Source of the DNA: the human T2T-CHM13v2.0 reference genome, Homo sapiens
NCBI GenBank assembly: GCA_009914755.4
Contig: CP068257.2
Location: 35,872,001-35,936,000, forward strand
Direction of reading: 5' to 3'
Length of the DNA: 64,000 nucleotides
The notes beneath the pieces are model-generated. The model saw only the letters and a program-made list of their open reading frames with translations, did not search any database and was not told the DNA's origin. Both the position numbers and the translations under genes were made by a program. This document shows positions 30,411-44,720 of this stretch, one piece after another. Each line of letters begins with the position of its first letter. Positions within the stretch are counted from its first letter, which is position 1.

Positions 30411-33400
30411 GGAGTTTTTCGGTAGTTTGCTTTGCCTTGATAAACTATATGATATTTAAATGTTTTATAAGGATGGGTTTTCAGTAGAATTTCTCTGTAC
30501 AACCTCAGGGAGACTGCCTGGAGGAATAACTGTGGTAAGGGTCTGTTTTTGAACAGGCATGGTCATTAGACCCTTGTGATCACGCATCCAGGGGCCAGTC
30601 CCCACCCTTTGCTCCCACTCCAAGGAAAGTCTGTTACATTTTTAGCCTTCAGAGGTTTGATGTAGATAGGAAGAGATGAGGGTGACAGAAATCAGCTCTT
30701 AAGTTTATAAATAAAACAGGGATATTATCGGGGAAGCTTTTGAAATGTAATAGGTTGTAACCCACATTTTGAAAGCAGTAAGGAAATAATTGCTGCTTTT
30801 TTCTTCTTCTTTATTCTGTTGACTTTGTTGATAATATTAGGTGACTACATCGAGCCTGGGTTCTCTCAGTATTAGCCTGTTATTCCTAAAGTATCATCCT
30901 CTCCTTGTATCAAATATAAGGACAAAAATGTCTTAGGATAAAAGTCTGTTTGTTTGCATTAGACTATACATGATTTGCATTACAATGGGCCGTGGATTTG
31001 GATGGATGATGAAGCTGAAACAAGGGACCTAATCATGGGATTTAACTGTTCACTTCAGGTAGATAAGATATTTCTGGGAGAAGTAAATTGGATGAGCTTT
31101 TGTGCTTCCCAGCAGCTCCAGGTCTTGTCCCTGGCCAGTCTGGGCAGCTCTGCGCTCAGAGGCCTTTGGCACGATGGGTCCTCCCAGCAGGGGCTCCAGC
31201 GCTCACCGCTGGGTGAGATCTACAGGGCTCAGTGCGCTTGGAGTCCTGGATTCCTCCAGGACTGCTACTGTATTCCAATTGAGTGGTGGTTTGCTCTTCA
31301 CAGAGCGCTTACATGGGATTTTTACCTTCTGACTGGAGTGTCACCCTCGCCCAGGAATGTGGGTGCTGGAGAGACGGGCTACCTCTTTCTGTAGGCGGAT
31401 GTTTCTGAAGGCATCTCCCACTGATTATGTAATGACAGCTACTTAACATCTTCTGTAGTCTTGAAGAATTCAGATGAGGAGCTTGTCCAGGGAGGGCTCC
31501 CACGTGCGTATTCACTAATTGTGGTCTTTCTCCCCAGCTCGGTTTTGTTTGCGTATTAGAGTTCTGACCATCTTCACTAGAAGTGGGGGCGGCTAGCAGT
31601 GACTAGATGCAAGAAGCAAAACGGTAAATTTCCTTTTACTGGCAAAATTAAAACAGTGAACTTGAAATATCTCCCCTACTCCCTGCAGAGACACTCTGAA
31701 TCAAAGAAAACAATCAGTACTAACCCTGGAAACAATTTAAAAATGAACAAAAAGTCCTACCCTGAAGAAGAAGAATGTCTTACCAGCAAACGGTCTTGGG
31801 ACAGCTGGTGTGAGAACTATATAAGAGAAATCAACAAATATTAATTGAACACCAGTCATGTGCAAAGCACTTAGCTAGGTCTTAGGGATGAGGACAAAAA
31901 GCATGTCACATTTTGTTGTTATAAGTGGGAAAGATAAGTAATTACAAGTAAGCCCAGTGTTTTTAAAAGAGTGTGAACAGAGACCTTATTCTAATCCAGA
32001 GAGGCTGTGAAGTGCTGTATTCCCAAGGAACTGAAGTTCTAGCTGATACCTAATGGAGGAATGGGTGTTATCCTGGTGGGAATGCCCTAGAATCTAGGAG
32101 AAGACAACAGGCCATTCGAAGGTGAGGAGGCTTGCCAGCATCAGTTTATAAGTGGACAGAGTCGAGAGCTATTTAGGAAGGAGAGCTGACAGACCTCGGG
32201 GACTGAATGGATGCTGGGAGTAGGGGTGAAAAGAGAGGAGTCAGGCTTCCTCCCAGAGTTTGAGGACTTTGAGTGCTAAGGGCTTGTAGGAGAACGTTGT
32301 GGAGATGTCCGGTAGGCATCTGAAAGAATGGATGGAGGAGGGGAAAGTCGGGCCTGGGAATGGCCAATTTCTGGTCATTCTCATATAGGCAACTGATGGC
32401 GAAGGGGATGACCTAGAGGGAGTTGGGAGGACAGCCTAGGATACGTAAATAAGAGAATCTTGTATGTTCTAAAAATTAGCATCATTGCAGCTTCCTCAGC
32501 CCTAGGATGGTTTTTAGATCTATCAAGGGATAGAAGATTGTCCAGCCCCTTGCTGCCCAGTGTAGTCAGTGGGCTGACGACATTAGCATCACCTGGGTGC
32601 TTGCTAGCAATGCAAAATCTCAGGCCCCAGCCCAGACCACTGGATGAGAATCTGCATTTGAACAAGGTCCCCAGGTCATTCATGCACATTCAAAGTCAGA
32701 GACACTGCCCCAACACCTCACTTTAGAGTGAGAAAACTTAACAGGTTTAAGCAACTTGCAGAAGATGACACAACTGACCAGCGACAGTCTGTCTTCTAGT
32801 CAGGCCTCTTTCCAGTTCTCCACGCTGACCTTGACTTTCGAGATCACATACCAAGACCTTCAGCTGGATGGTCCCTGTAGCTGCTGTGACCACTAGAAGC
32901 AGGGTTAGGGGCGAGACTAATTTAATATCAATTAATGTAGACACTAGGCTTAGGGCTAGGGAAAATGTAGTGAAGGATGCCTGTATTGTCCTAATGAACC
33001 ACACTGGTGCCTACAAAATTTTTATTTTGGCAAAACCGTCCATGAATTTGGAGATGTTGAACAGGTTTCTCTCCGACAATCGTCTCGTTTAATTGTGAAA
33101 CTAGAATCACTTCCAGGAAGCTCTGAAGAATCAAGTCTGAGTGATGCAATGCTGCTTCCTCCTTCCTTCTCAAAAGCCTGCTCTTTGCCCATTTCTCTGT
33201 TCCCAAGGTCATTTTCTCCCCTTCTTGTTTCCAGGATCCACAGTTCCTGCTCTGCTTCCGCTTTCCCCACTGCTGGTTCAGGCTGTCTGCAGCAGCAGCA
33301 GCTCCAGGGTGCTGGGACACTGCTGGGTGACGCTCCACAGTGTGTGCTTCCCCATGTGGCTTCCACAGTCCCCTCTTGCTTCTCCCACATGTTAGTCTTC

Positions 33401-33433
33401 ATAGATTAGTCTTCATCAATTCTTAGTATTATT

Positions 33434-33710
<277 letters not shown>

Positions 33711-34537
33711 GATGAATTTTCGTTTAGGCCCCTTTCTTTGTGAGAGGGGGCCCCAGGATTATGCCCCGGGATTAAAAGAAGCTGGGAGGCTCTCCAGGAC
33801 CCTGAACAAAGGTGGAAGTAGGGTTGTAAATGGAAGAAAAAATAAGAGAGATTCATTATGTTCTAATGACTATGAGGGAAGCTTTAGTTTTTGTCTCCCT
33901 GAAGCATCAACCTGCTTTCCTGCTGCTGTTATCACATCCTTCCAGGGCTATCGGCTGTTCAGGAACAGGAGAGCTCTGGAAGAGCAGGGACGACTTTGGC
34001 TTCTGTTTCCTGCCCATTGCAGATTAGGCATCAGCAAGGTACCCTCCTGTTTTTGTATGGCTCACCAAACTAAGGGTGATTTTCACATTTTACATGGCTG
34101 AAAAACATCAAATGATATTTCAGGACATAGGGAAATTATATGACATTTGAATTTCAGTGTCCATAAATGAAGTTTTATTGGAACATAACCACATTCATTT
34201 GCAAGTTGTCCACGGCCACTTTGGTGCTACTGTGGCAGAATTGAGTAGTTGCTGCAGAGACCGTATGATGAGAATATGTGGCATTCTCATCATTTTGCCC
34301 TGCCGCTCTGTGCAATGTAAATTGCAGTGACACAGTTATAACTCAGCAGCATTTTGAATGCCACTTGTATTCCCATGCTACAACATTTTATTTTTTATTA
34401 CCAATATATACAAGAAAAGTGGATTTCAAATATCATTGTGCTTTTAAGGTACAATGGAGTATGAATTGTTACTGAATTAGGCAGCAAAGTGCAATGACAT
34501 GGTAGCTGTCCTAAGGAACACAATACAACCAGGTGCA

Positions 34538-34669
34538 GTGGCTCATGCCTGTAATCCCAACGATTTGGGTGGCTGAGGTGGGAGAATCACTTGAACCCAG
34601 GATTTGGAGACCAGCTTGGGTGGTATAGTGAGACCCCCCATCTCCACAAAAAGTAAAAAAAAACCAAAA
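34538..34669 (+). mobile_element. Free Alu monomer (FLAM-like) of about 130 bp with an A-tail.
   Basis: accaggtgcagtggctcatgcctgtaatcccaacgatttgggtggctgaggtgggagaatcacttgaacccagga...ccccccatctccacaaaaagtaaaaaaaaa. Confidence 0.7.
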
Positions 34670-35198
34670 TACATGTTGTTACTTCCCATCTTAGCACTCA
34701 TCAAGATATTTCTAATTCACAAGAAAGCAATGGTCAGAAAAATTAGAAAATTTAAAATTGAATATCTCATCACAGAATTTATTCACAAAAATAAAAAATG
34801 AAAATGAAGCTACAACCAAAGTAAGTTTCAGATGGCTCATTTGTTAGCCAAGCAAGGAAAGTCACTTATGGTGAATTAATTAAATCATGCTTGATTACTG
34901 CAGCTGAAGAAACATGCTCAGAGAAAGTAAACTTGTTTATTGGCCTTTCCACGACAACAGTTGCTCAAAGAGTTGACATTAGGAATGACATCAGTAGTCG
35001 ACTAAAAAGGCAAATGGTTTTGAGTGGTTTCCCCTGACTCTCATGACAGGGGTCACCATATGTTATGCACACTGCTCCGCTATTGCTCTTTATTTGAGGA
35101 GCCAGTACCAAGTTGGAAGTAACTGAAGAATTGGCCTCTATCAATAGTCTTATGTGGAACAACTACTGGCAAAAGTATTTTCAAAGCTGAGAAAACTG

Positions 35199-35530
<332 letters not shown>

Positions 35531-35570
35531 CTAAGATGTGTTATGACTGTTGGTAGTGGAAATATATGTG

Positions 35571-35932
35571 TGTATTAGTCCATTTTCATACTGCTATAAA
35601 GAAAAGCCTGAGACTGGGTAATTTATAAAGAAAAAGAGGTTTAATGGACTCACAGTCCCGCATGGTTGGGGAGGCCTCACAATCGTTGTGGAAGGTAAAG
35701 GAGAAGCCAAGGCAAGTCTTAGGTGGCGGCAAGCAAGAGAGTGTGTGCAGGGGAACTGCCCTTTATAAAACCATCAGATCTCATGAGACTTACTCACTAT
35801 TATGAGAACAGCATGGTAAAATCCTGCCTCCATGATTCAGTTACCTCCCACTGGGTCCTACCCATGACACGTGGGGATTATGGGGGCTACAATTCAATGA
35901 GATTTGGGTGGGGACACAGCTAACTCATATCA
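35571..35932 (-). mobile_element. Solitary THE1-family (MaLR/ERVL) LTR, antisense, about 362 bp.
   Basis: It begins tgtattagtccattttcatactgctataaagaaaagcctgagactgggtaatttataaag and ends gggtggggacacagctaactcatatca. This is the reverse complement of the THE1 LTR consensus, which runs TGATATGG...ATTAGCAGCATGAAAACGGACTAATACA. Subfamily is not determined. Confidence 0.8.
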
Positions 35933-36754
35933 GTGTGGAATAGAAAATGGCTCAGTTGGACAACTTACAAAGCTTGTAATAATATAAGGTGTTAAAGCCT
36001 ATAGATTATTCATTGTATTATTTAAGTCAACAGATACTTTGTGAGAAATATTTGAATCTATCATGCATTATTGAACCAGTATTGTCAATAGTGAACTTCC
36101 TTTAGCTCTTGTGGACTTCACTATCAACAGCTCTCATGAATTTTTGTCAGAAATATTAGCTGAATATCCCGACATGGCCTGTAATACAGCAGTTCAATGG
36201 TTTAGTAGTGGTAAAGTTTCATTTAAGTTTTGAGCTCAGGACAAAGATTGAAATTTTTCTGAATGAGAACTGCCCCGAACCACCGTTACTAAACACTGAA
36301 TAGTTTTGGAAATTCACTTTTGCTGCAGACTTGATAGTGTTTCTTAAGGAATTCAGCCTAAACCACAAGATAAAAACAGTGTTTATGTGAAACTCCTACT
36401 GTGTTAAGTGATTTCAAGAAGAACTATTGTTTGAATCACAACTAATGTTACTGCTTTAAGCTCTTCCCATGTTGTTAAAAGTTAAAAAAAGAAGAGCTCC
36501 ATTCCCACACACATTTGCCACAGATACATTATCTGAGCCCAAACTACAGTTTGAGCAGTGTGTTAGGGACCTCAATGCAAACCCAAAAGAAATTTTTATA
36601 TTTCAGAATCCATTGATCTGCATTTGAGAAGTGATTAATGTGTTGAAAGGCAACTATCTAAAGAAAAATTTAATAGAGTCTAATAGAATCTTATAAAAAT
36701 GTATAAATGTGTTTTATGTAATAAATATGCTAAGCTAAACATCTTATGCTCATG

Positions 36755-37112
<358 letters not shown>

Positions 37113-38077
37113 TCAAAGATGAACTGTGTCACATCTCATTCCAAATCAGCATTAACAGATAAATATATGCAAATATGCAATTGGTTTTGACGATTCACAA
37201 CACTAGCTCTGAATCTCAATTAGGGAAATGTTATTCCCCCAAAAGATTTCCAATTCTTATTGGTAGACCGGCGTTACCAGAAAATTGTACTCTATTGTTA
37301 TCCTTGAATTTCATCAATTAAGATTTTTTTGGAAAATATTTTTGGAAATATTTATTCTCTTCTTATAGAAAACACCTATTCAATATTTTAGATTTGCGCC
37401 TTTTGACCCAGAAAACCTAAAGTATTTGTTATTTTTACAGAAAACATCTCTAAGAGATGGAGCAAATAAGTAAATGGGTTTGGGTTTACAGGTTGGTATC
37501 CCCAAAAAGCAAGTTTGGGGCAGGAATCTGGGACCTTCTGCTCCCACTCCCCAGCACAGCCTCTGCTTCTTAAAGTCCTGGGGCCTGTAGGAGGAAGGCA
37601 CCTTGGTGAGAACCACCAAGAGGATGGCTACGTGCCCAGCAGCGGGAGATGGCAGTCCAGAGATGAGTTTGCAGGCCTGCAGCTCGTCTGCTGAGCTCGT
37701 CAACCCTCATGCTGATCTCCACTCACCAGTTTGCCTGCTTAGCGGCAGTCCTGTTGTGTGGATCTTCTCACTTAATGCACACAGCAGTCCTGTGAAGCAG
37801 ATGGACCCTGTTCCTGTCCTCATTTCTGAGATGGAGAAAATTGAGGCCCCAAGAGAACGGTCACTTGTAGCATCCATTGGCTGCAGTGTTGAGGCCAGCT
37901 TTTGACCCCAGGCAGGCAGAATCCAGAGACTGCTTTGAACTCCTCTGCCAAGCCCACTGGTGAGGAATGCTCAATTACTGCCCCACATTGAGAGGCATTT
38001 CTTTATTCCTAGTACCAAAAAAAAACATGCTTAGCAAATAGGCTTTGGAGTCAGGCAGAGCCTCCCCGCCACTTTTT

Positions 38078-38402
38078 TTGTGTTTTTGTTTTGTTTTGTT
38101 TTTTTAATAGGAGACAGGATCTCACCCTGTCGCCCTGACTGGAGTACAGTGGAGTGTTCATAGCTCACTATATCCCTGAACTCCTGGGCGCAAGCAGTCC
38201 TCCTGCCTCAGCATCCTGAGTAGCTTGGACTACAGGTGCATGCCACCACCAAGCCTGGCTAATTTTTTTTTTAATTGTTTTTGTAGAGACGGAGTCTTGC
38301 TATGTTGGCCAGGCTGATTTGGAACTCCTGGGCTGAAACACTCCTCCCAACTTGGCCTCTCAAAGTGCTGTGATTACAGGTGTGAGCCATCATGCCTGGC
38401 CC
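38078..38402 (-). mobile_element. Alu SINE, antisense, with a long interrupted T-rich tail.
   Basis: It runs from ttttgttttgttttgtttttttaataggagacaggatctcaccctgtcgccctgactggagtacagtgg to ggtgtgagccatcatgcctggcc. Confidence 0.8.
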
Positions 38403-39831
38403 AGACCCCATTTTAAATCACAGATCTGTCGTATACTAGTTGTGTGTCATTAGGCAAATTGCTTAGCCTCTCTGATCCTTTATTTTCCTCAGCTATCAAA
38501 TGGGGATAATAATATTTGCCTTGCAGCATTGTTAGGGTTGGATACAAGTTTGGAAGGCCCAGATGTGATGATTGGCACACAAAGGCTAATACTGGGATTC
38601 CAAGGAGTCCCATGTGGTGGGTCCATCCGGGCCCAACAGGTTGTATATCTTAGCACTCATTCGGCCCCATCCTGCCTTTCCCTGTAACAGTGGCCGGTAG
38701 GGGTCCCCCGAACAGTCAAATTGACCAGTGGTCTTGCCCGTAAAGGGTGTTTCTGGGATCAGAGGGAAGAGGAGGATTAATGATTCCAGAACAACAAAAA
38801 GTCCTCAATTTCCACGTTTCTGGTCTTACTCTTGGAATCCAGGGTCGCCATTACCATTATGGAATATGGAGGAACCCCCTTTTTGGGCTTGTAGAAACCC
38901 ACAGACACATTTCTCAGGGGCTGGGCCATGTGTGCATTCTTCCCCAGTCTCCTTCCCACTCCCACTGGCCGTGTCCTGGCCTGGCCTTATCTTTGGCTGG
39001 ACTCATTGTTATAATGCGTGCTGCTGGTGAAGTGCTCACTATGTGTGAGTCTCTGTGCTGAACAGTCCACTTCTTCCTCGCTCTGGGACTTTGGGCAAGG
39101 TACTTAAACTATCTGGGTCTCTGTTTCCTCATCTGTAAAATGGGGATGAGAATGTCACCTTCCCTATAGGTTACTATGGGATCAAATGAGTTAATACACT
39201 TGACACTATCAGAACAGTGCCTGCCGCATAGTAGGGCTTCATGTTCGTGGTTCTAATAGCCTGGGACATAAGGACTGTTACCTGAGATTCCATAATACAC
39301 CCAAGGCCACAGAGCTGCTGATTTGAGAGTGAGGGTTCAAACCCAGGTTTGCAGACTAAAGCCAGGCTACTTGACCATTACCCCAAACCGCATCCAAGCC
39401 ATGCCCACCCCCTCCCCTGCTGTCTCCCCATGCCCCTGTGCCCCGGCTCCATCCGTTACCTGATGAGCAATGCAGACATTTCCCTCTTCTATTGAAAGTC
39501 CTATCCCTGTCATTGCCATATAACCTAAGAGTCTGGACAAGTCATTCCCTAACTACCCTCAGCCTCCTGCACTCCAGCTTTATGGGCCTCTCAAATGTGC
39601 CTCCTCTGGCACTTGCTTCTGGCTTGAGCTTCTGTGATGCTTTCCTGGTCCTCACCAGCATCACATCCATTCATGGCCCGTGGTCCCATCTGTGTTGCCC
39701 TGCACTTAGTTTGTGTCCTTAGTCTCCACACCCCATAGCTGGTGTCAGAGTCAACAATGTCTCTCCCCTTTTCCTCCTGAAGGCAGGAGCTGTTTCTCCT
39801 CCTTCTCCTACCTCTAGTGCATGGTGCGCAT

Positions 39832-39878
39832 TGGATGGATGGATGGATGGAGGGAGGGAGGGAGGGAGGGAGGGAGGC
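39832..39878. repeat. Compound tetranucleotide microsatellite (GGAT)5(GGGA)6.
   Basis: ggatggatggatggatggagggagggagggagggagggagggagg. Confidence 0.9.
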
Positions 39879-40619
39879 ATGGAGGCACTTGCTTCTTAGG
39901 AAGGAAGACAGTTGGCTGGACCAGTTAGATCTCTTTCCAAAAGCTTTTTGAAGTTACTTTTTAAAACTGTGCTAATAGAGCTGGAAGGGACTCCCTCAAG
40001 CAGGAAGTTGCTGAGGGAGCCAGGGACTAAGAAACACCATTTCACTCTTGTACCTGAAAGAGCTTTCTCGGCTTGGAGTGGGAAACCACAGGCTGCCATC
40101 CCCAACTCTGCTGGTTTTAGAGAAACACAGTCGGGAGGCGCAGCTCCCCCATTCACCGACACCCTTTGGGGCAGATACTTTTAGTTTTGTTTGGGCAGAG
40201 AGGAAGCTCGGGGCTGGGGACTGTCATGGGTGGCCGTGTGTGCAGCTCCAGCACCCCAGATTGGTCAGGGTTGAGGGAGCTGACTGAGGTGGAGCTGTGC
40301 CCATGGCCAAGGGCAAGGGCCCAGGGTTGGTTCAGGTGGGTGGGCTTGGGCTGGCCTGAAGGGGGCAAGAGTGGACATTTGGCCACCAGGAGAGAGGGTG
40401 AAGGCAAATAGAAAAATATGAGTTGCATCAGGGAATTTTGGCTTTTGAACCTAAAGCCAATTTTTTAAAAAATGATCAAGTTTCTTTGCTTCTTTGAATA
40501 TTTAACAAATAGTTATATGTGATGTAAGCCTGAATTGTGAAGAATCTATGATTATAAAGAGTTAGGGCTTGAGTAGCATGCCCCATCTAGTCCCAGATGT
40601 CATCCAAAAGGTCACAGGA

Positions 40620-40945
40620 TGGGCCGGATGCAGTGGCTCATGCCTGGAGTCCCAGAGATTCTGGAGGCCAAGATGGAAGGATTGCTGGAGGCCAGGAGTT
40701 CAAGACCAGCCTGGGCAACAGAGTAAGACCTTGTCTCTGTTAAAAACAAAAACAAACAACAAAAAACACACATAAAATTATTAGCTGGACCTGTTGGCAC
40801 ATGCCTGTAGTCCCAGCTACTCAGGAGGCTGAGGTGGGAGGATCGCTTGAGCCCAGGAGTTCGAGGCTGCAGTGAGCTGTGATGGCACTACTGCACTCCA
40901 GCCTGGGTAACAGAGCAAGACTCTGTCTCTAAATAAATCAATAAA
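40620..40945 (+). mobile_element. Alu SINE, sense orientation, with an expanded A-rich middle linker.
   Basis: It runs from gggccggatgcagtggctcatgcctggagtcccagagattctggaggccaag, through ...ttagctggacctgttggcacatgcctgtagtcccagctactcaggaggctgagg..., to ctctgtctctaaataaatcaataaatgaaa. Confidence 0.75.
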
Positions 40946-42811
40946 TGAAACCAGGATGGCTAAATAGTAGCAAGCAGAGGCTTACCGGCAGTATCAGTTT
41001 GTGGCATGTACCGAAGGCGATATCCAGGGAGAGGGGAAGGACAGGTTGGGTTTTATGCCTCATGGGGCCCGTATCACACAATGGAGTCACAGATTCAGCA
41101 GGTCTGGGGGAAAAGCTATACATATTTCCAAGGGAGATTGAGCGCATGGGCAATAGGCAAACGTGTAACATGCATCCCATGTCCACTTGGGGGTGAGGTT
41201 CTAGCATTAAAATGAGGTGGATTTGGCTTTTGACTTCAAAAGGTGAGCTATAGGGCACAAAGTTGGTGCACACCCTGTCGGCGCTCAAGCTGGCCCCGGG
41301 TCTGCAGTGTTATGAGGAGAGCCGGTAGGGCCGCCCTCGGTCCCAGCAGAGTTGTAATGGTCTGTGTTGTAAATCAGAGTTAGGAGGGGTCTGACAACTT
41401 TCCTGTTAGTGCGGAGTTTAGCCCCAGTGTGGTTTGTCCTGCAGCTCAGGAATCTAGGGGGTTGCCTGCCCACTGAGCTTAGACCCTGGAGCCCAGGGAG
41501 CTCTTAATTGACAGAAGGGTGTCCTTTTGGTCTCAGATCATACCGGTAACGCTCCTGCCAAGCAGCCCTGGACAGGGGCCCAGCCTACCGCCAGGAGCCA
41601 CCTGTCAAACGGCGGCTTAGGGGGTTTAAAAAGGAAATTAATCCCTCTTCAAGACCACATAGATAAACCTCTGGTTGGGAGGTGACAGCAAATCTTATCA
41701 AAGCAAATTGTCTAGACGTTTCGAGGAGCTCTAGGACGTGGACCTGCTCAATCTTTCTAGAAAGGCCTGCGGCTGCAGGGGCCAGGTTAAGGGGCCCCTT
41801 AACCTGCTTCAGAAGAGGCAAGACTGCGTCCTTCCCCGCTGCCCACTGGGACTGACTTGGAGGCCCGAGGAAGGATTTGTTCCCGCAGGGACCAAGTTCC
41901 CTCAGGCCACACCAGCCTGGGAACCAAAACAGGATTGCAGTGACAGAACACAGCGTCTCTGGCTCTGCGCCTACCCTGTTCTTGCTGTGCCCCCAGCGCT
42001 CTTGAAGCTGTGTCCTTCCCTGCCTGCCTCCCTCCAGCTGGGCCCCCCTCTCCAGCCACCCTGTCCTGCCCTCCTTCCCTCCCTGCCTGGGTCTTGTGGC
42101 TGCGGAGGCCAGAAAGTGGAGTGGCCCCTGTGTTACCACAAGTCCCGCAGGGCAGAGGAGGGGAGGAAGGGGGCGCGCAGGAAGCCTGGGAACACCCACC
42201 CTTCAGGGCTCAGGACAACCCCACTCCTGGACAGCCTCCAGCCCTGGCAGCGACAATCCTGGGCCCCGCCCAGTACTGCATGGGCACTGCCAAGACAGAG
42301 CTGGACACATGCCCACGGGGTAGAGTTTGATTTGGGGGCCATTTTTGCCCCTTTCTACAATGACGTTTTCTCTGACAAAATTTAGACTGTAATTTAAAAA
42401 ATAGTTTCTGACTGTGATGAGAAGGAAAAGGCAACATGCTTCCCAAACTAAGAGTATTTGAAGACTTTTTGAGTTCCTGTAATAATATACCAACTTCGCT
42501 TAGATTTAACAATTGTTTTTTGCTGAAACGTGGTATTTCCAAATTACTTCAGTCTGCATCTCTAAAAAATGACATTGTCTTGCTTATCCATTAATACCAT
42601 TATCACACCTTAAAGAGAATTAAAATCATTCCTTACTGGTGTCAAACACTTGATCCGTATTCAGTGTTCCCATTGTCCCCAAAATATTTTACTGCCAGTT
42701 TGTTCAAACCAGGATTCAATTAGGGTCCACGTGTTGTGTTTAGTTCGTTTCTTACCTCTCCTTAGATCTAGAACAGTTTGCTCTCTGTATTTTGGGTAAA
42801 AGAAAAATGTT

Positions 42812-43149
<338 letters not shown>

Positions 43150-43485
43150 TTATCCTATTATTATATATTGTGAGGCATGGATTCAATTTTATATTTTCCC
43201 AAATGGCTGGCTGGTTGTTCCAACACCACTTATTAAAAAGTTCATCTTTCCCCCATCTTAGTTAAAGATTCACATTGATCACTTATCATATGATAACTGT
43301 CGTGATTACTTGGGTCTTCTTCTGAACCTTCTAATGTGCTGTGTTGGTTTGTAAACCTCTGCACATGCCACTCCTACCTGGCTTCAGTTACAGAGGCTTC
43401 TGGGCCGTTTCAATACTTAGCAGGCAGGTGCACCTCATTTCATCACGTTTCTCTTCGGGGTTTTCCTGCTTACCCTTGCTTTTAT

Positions 43486-43536
43486 TCACACACACACATA
43501 TATATACACACACACACGTATACAAGTATATATAAT
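43486..43536. repeat. Interrupted (CA)n/(TA)n dinucleotide microsatellite.
   Basis: cacacacacacatatatatacacacacacacgtatacaagtatatataa. Confidence 0.85.
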
Positions 43537-44359
43537 TAACTGGAGTTGGGGGAATTAGCTGATAAGAGAACTGGCTAAACAATGTAGGAATCACCAATGC
43601 ACCCAGCAGTCACTACACCTGGAACTGATCCTGAGCACCCAACGAAGGGCCACTCCTACCCGCACCCCTCTGCTAAGACCCAGACCTCGTGGAGAGGGCT
43701 GCCGTCATGACTCATTCATGGGAGAGGGTGTGATCGTGACTCACTGGACGACAGAGGAGCTTGCTGAGGTGCTTCCCCAGCAAGACGTGACTGAAACCCA
43801 CCCTCTGCTGTGGGAATTGGCCCCCGGGGAGGTGCCACGTCTCAGAGCTCCCTGCTGGCTGCCTCGGGCAGTGCTGCAGAAGTCCCTGGGGGGGAACCTG
43901 TCTGGCTGCAGGCTCTCCAGCACTGCTCGTGGGAGGGTGATTGGCAGGTGTCCCATGGTCAGTGCTGTGCTGTGCAGTCACTAGGGTATGTGCCCAGGTA
44001 AATCCATCCGTGGGTGTTTCTCCTGCTGGCACTGGCTGGAAGCCACCCAGGGCTGGGGCTGTGCCATGGAGGCCGCTCATGGGGGGACTCACTGCTGGAA
44101 TGCCCAGGAAGCAATCCAGGGAGAAGCGACCAGCCCGCAGGACTGAGAGGGACTGATACCAAGTGAACTGAATTAATAATATGGGTGAAGTGTTCGTTTC
44201 ATTTTTTTTGAGAGGGAAAATAAAGATTCTTGGTTTCATTCTAACTACCTACTCACTTGCCAAATTGTTAGGGGGACTAGTGGCACTCTTAGTGTAGACT
44301 CTCAAAAACAGCTCAAGGATATTAAAGGACCTATTTTAAATGTAAAATTTGACCCGTTT

Positions 44360-44720
44360 TTTAAAACTTATATTTGTAGGTTCAGGGGTACGTGTGCAGG
44401 TTTGTTATATAGGTAAACTCATGTCATGGGCGTTTGATGTACAGATTATTTTGGCACCCAGGTATTAAGCCCAATGCCCAATAGTTATGTTTTCTGCTCC
44501 TCTCCCTCCTCCACTCTCGGGTAGGTCCCAGTGTCTGTTGTTCCCCTTTGTGTTCATGAAAACTTGATCAGTTTTGATGTATGTATACCCTTATGTCATC
44601 ACACCACTATCAGAATGTCAATTTCATCTCCCCAAAAACTCCCTGTTCCCATTTCTGGTCCATCTTTCTCTCTGTCCCATTCCTAGGCAACCACTGATCT
44701 ACTCGTAGCATTTTCGATTG
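44360..44720 (-). mobile_element. 3' terminal fragment of an older L1 LINE, antisense.
   Basis: ttcaggggtacgtgtgcaggtttgttatataggtaaactcatgtcatgggcgtttgatgtacagattattttggcacccaggtattaagcccaatgcccaatagttatgttttctgctcctctccctcctcc is the reverse complement of the L1 3'-end consensus as I recall it. Confidence 0.7.

Noticed and set aside
33022-33409. Overlapping ORFs of about 100-126 aa on both strands (for example 33022-33402 on the minus strand and 33095-33409 on the plus strand).
   Set aside because: They are mutually overlapping in a GC/CT-rich patch. They have no protein similarity I recognise and no supporting gene structure. They are chance ORFs.
43712-44239. 175-aa minus-strand ORF and overlapping ORFs of 63-88 aa in a GC-rich segment.
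   Set aside because: The peptide composition is P, G, A and R rich with no recognisable motif. Overlapping ORFs on both strands are typical of GC-rich noncoding DNA. No splice structure links it to anything.
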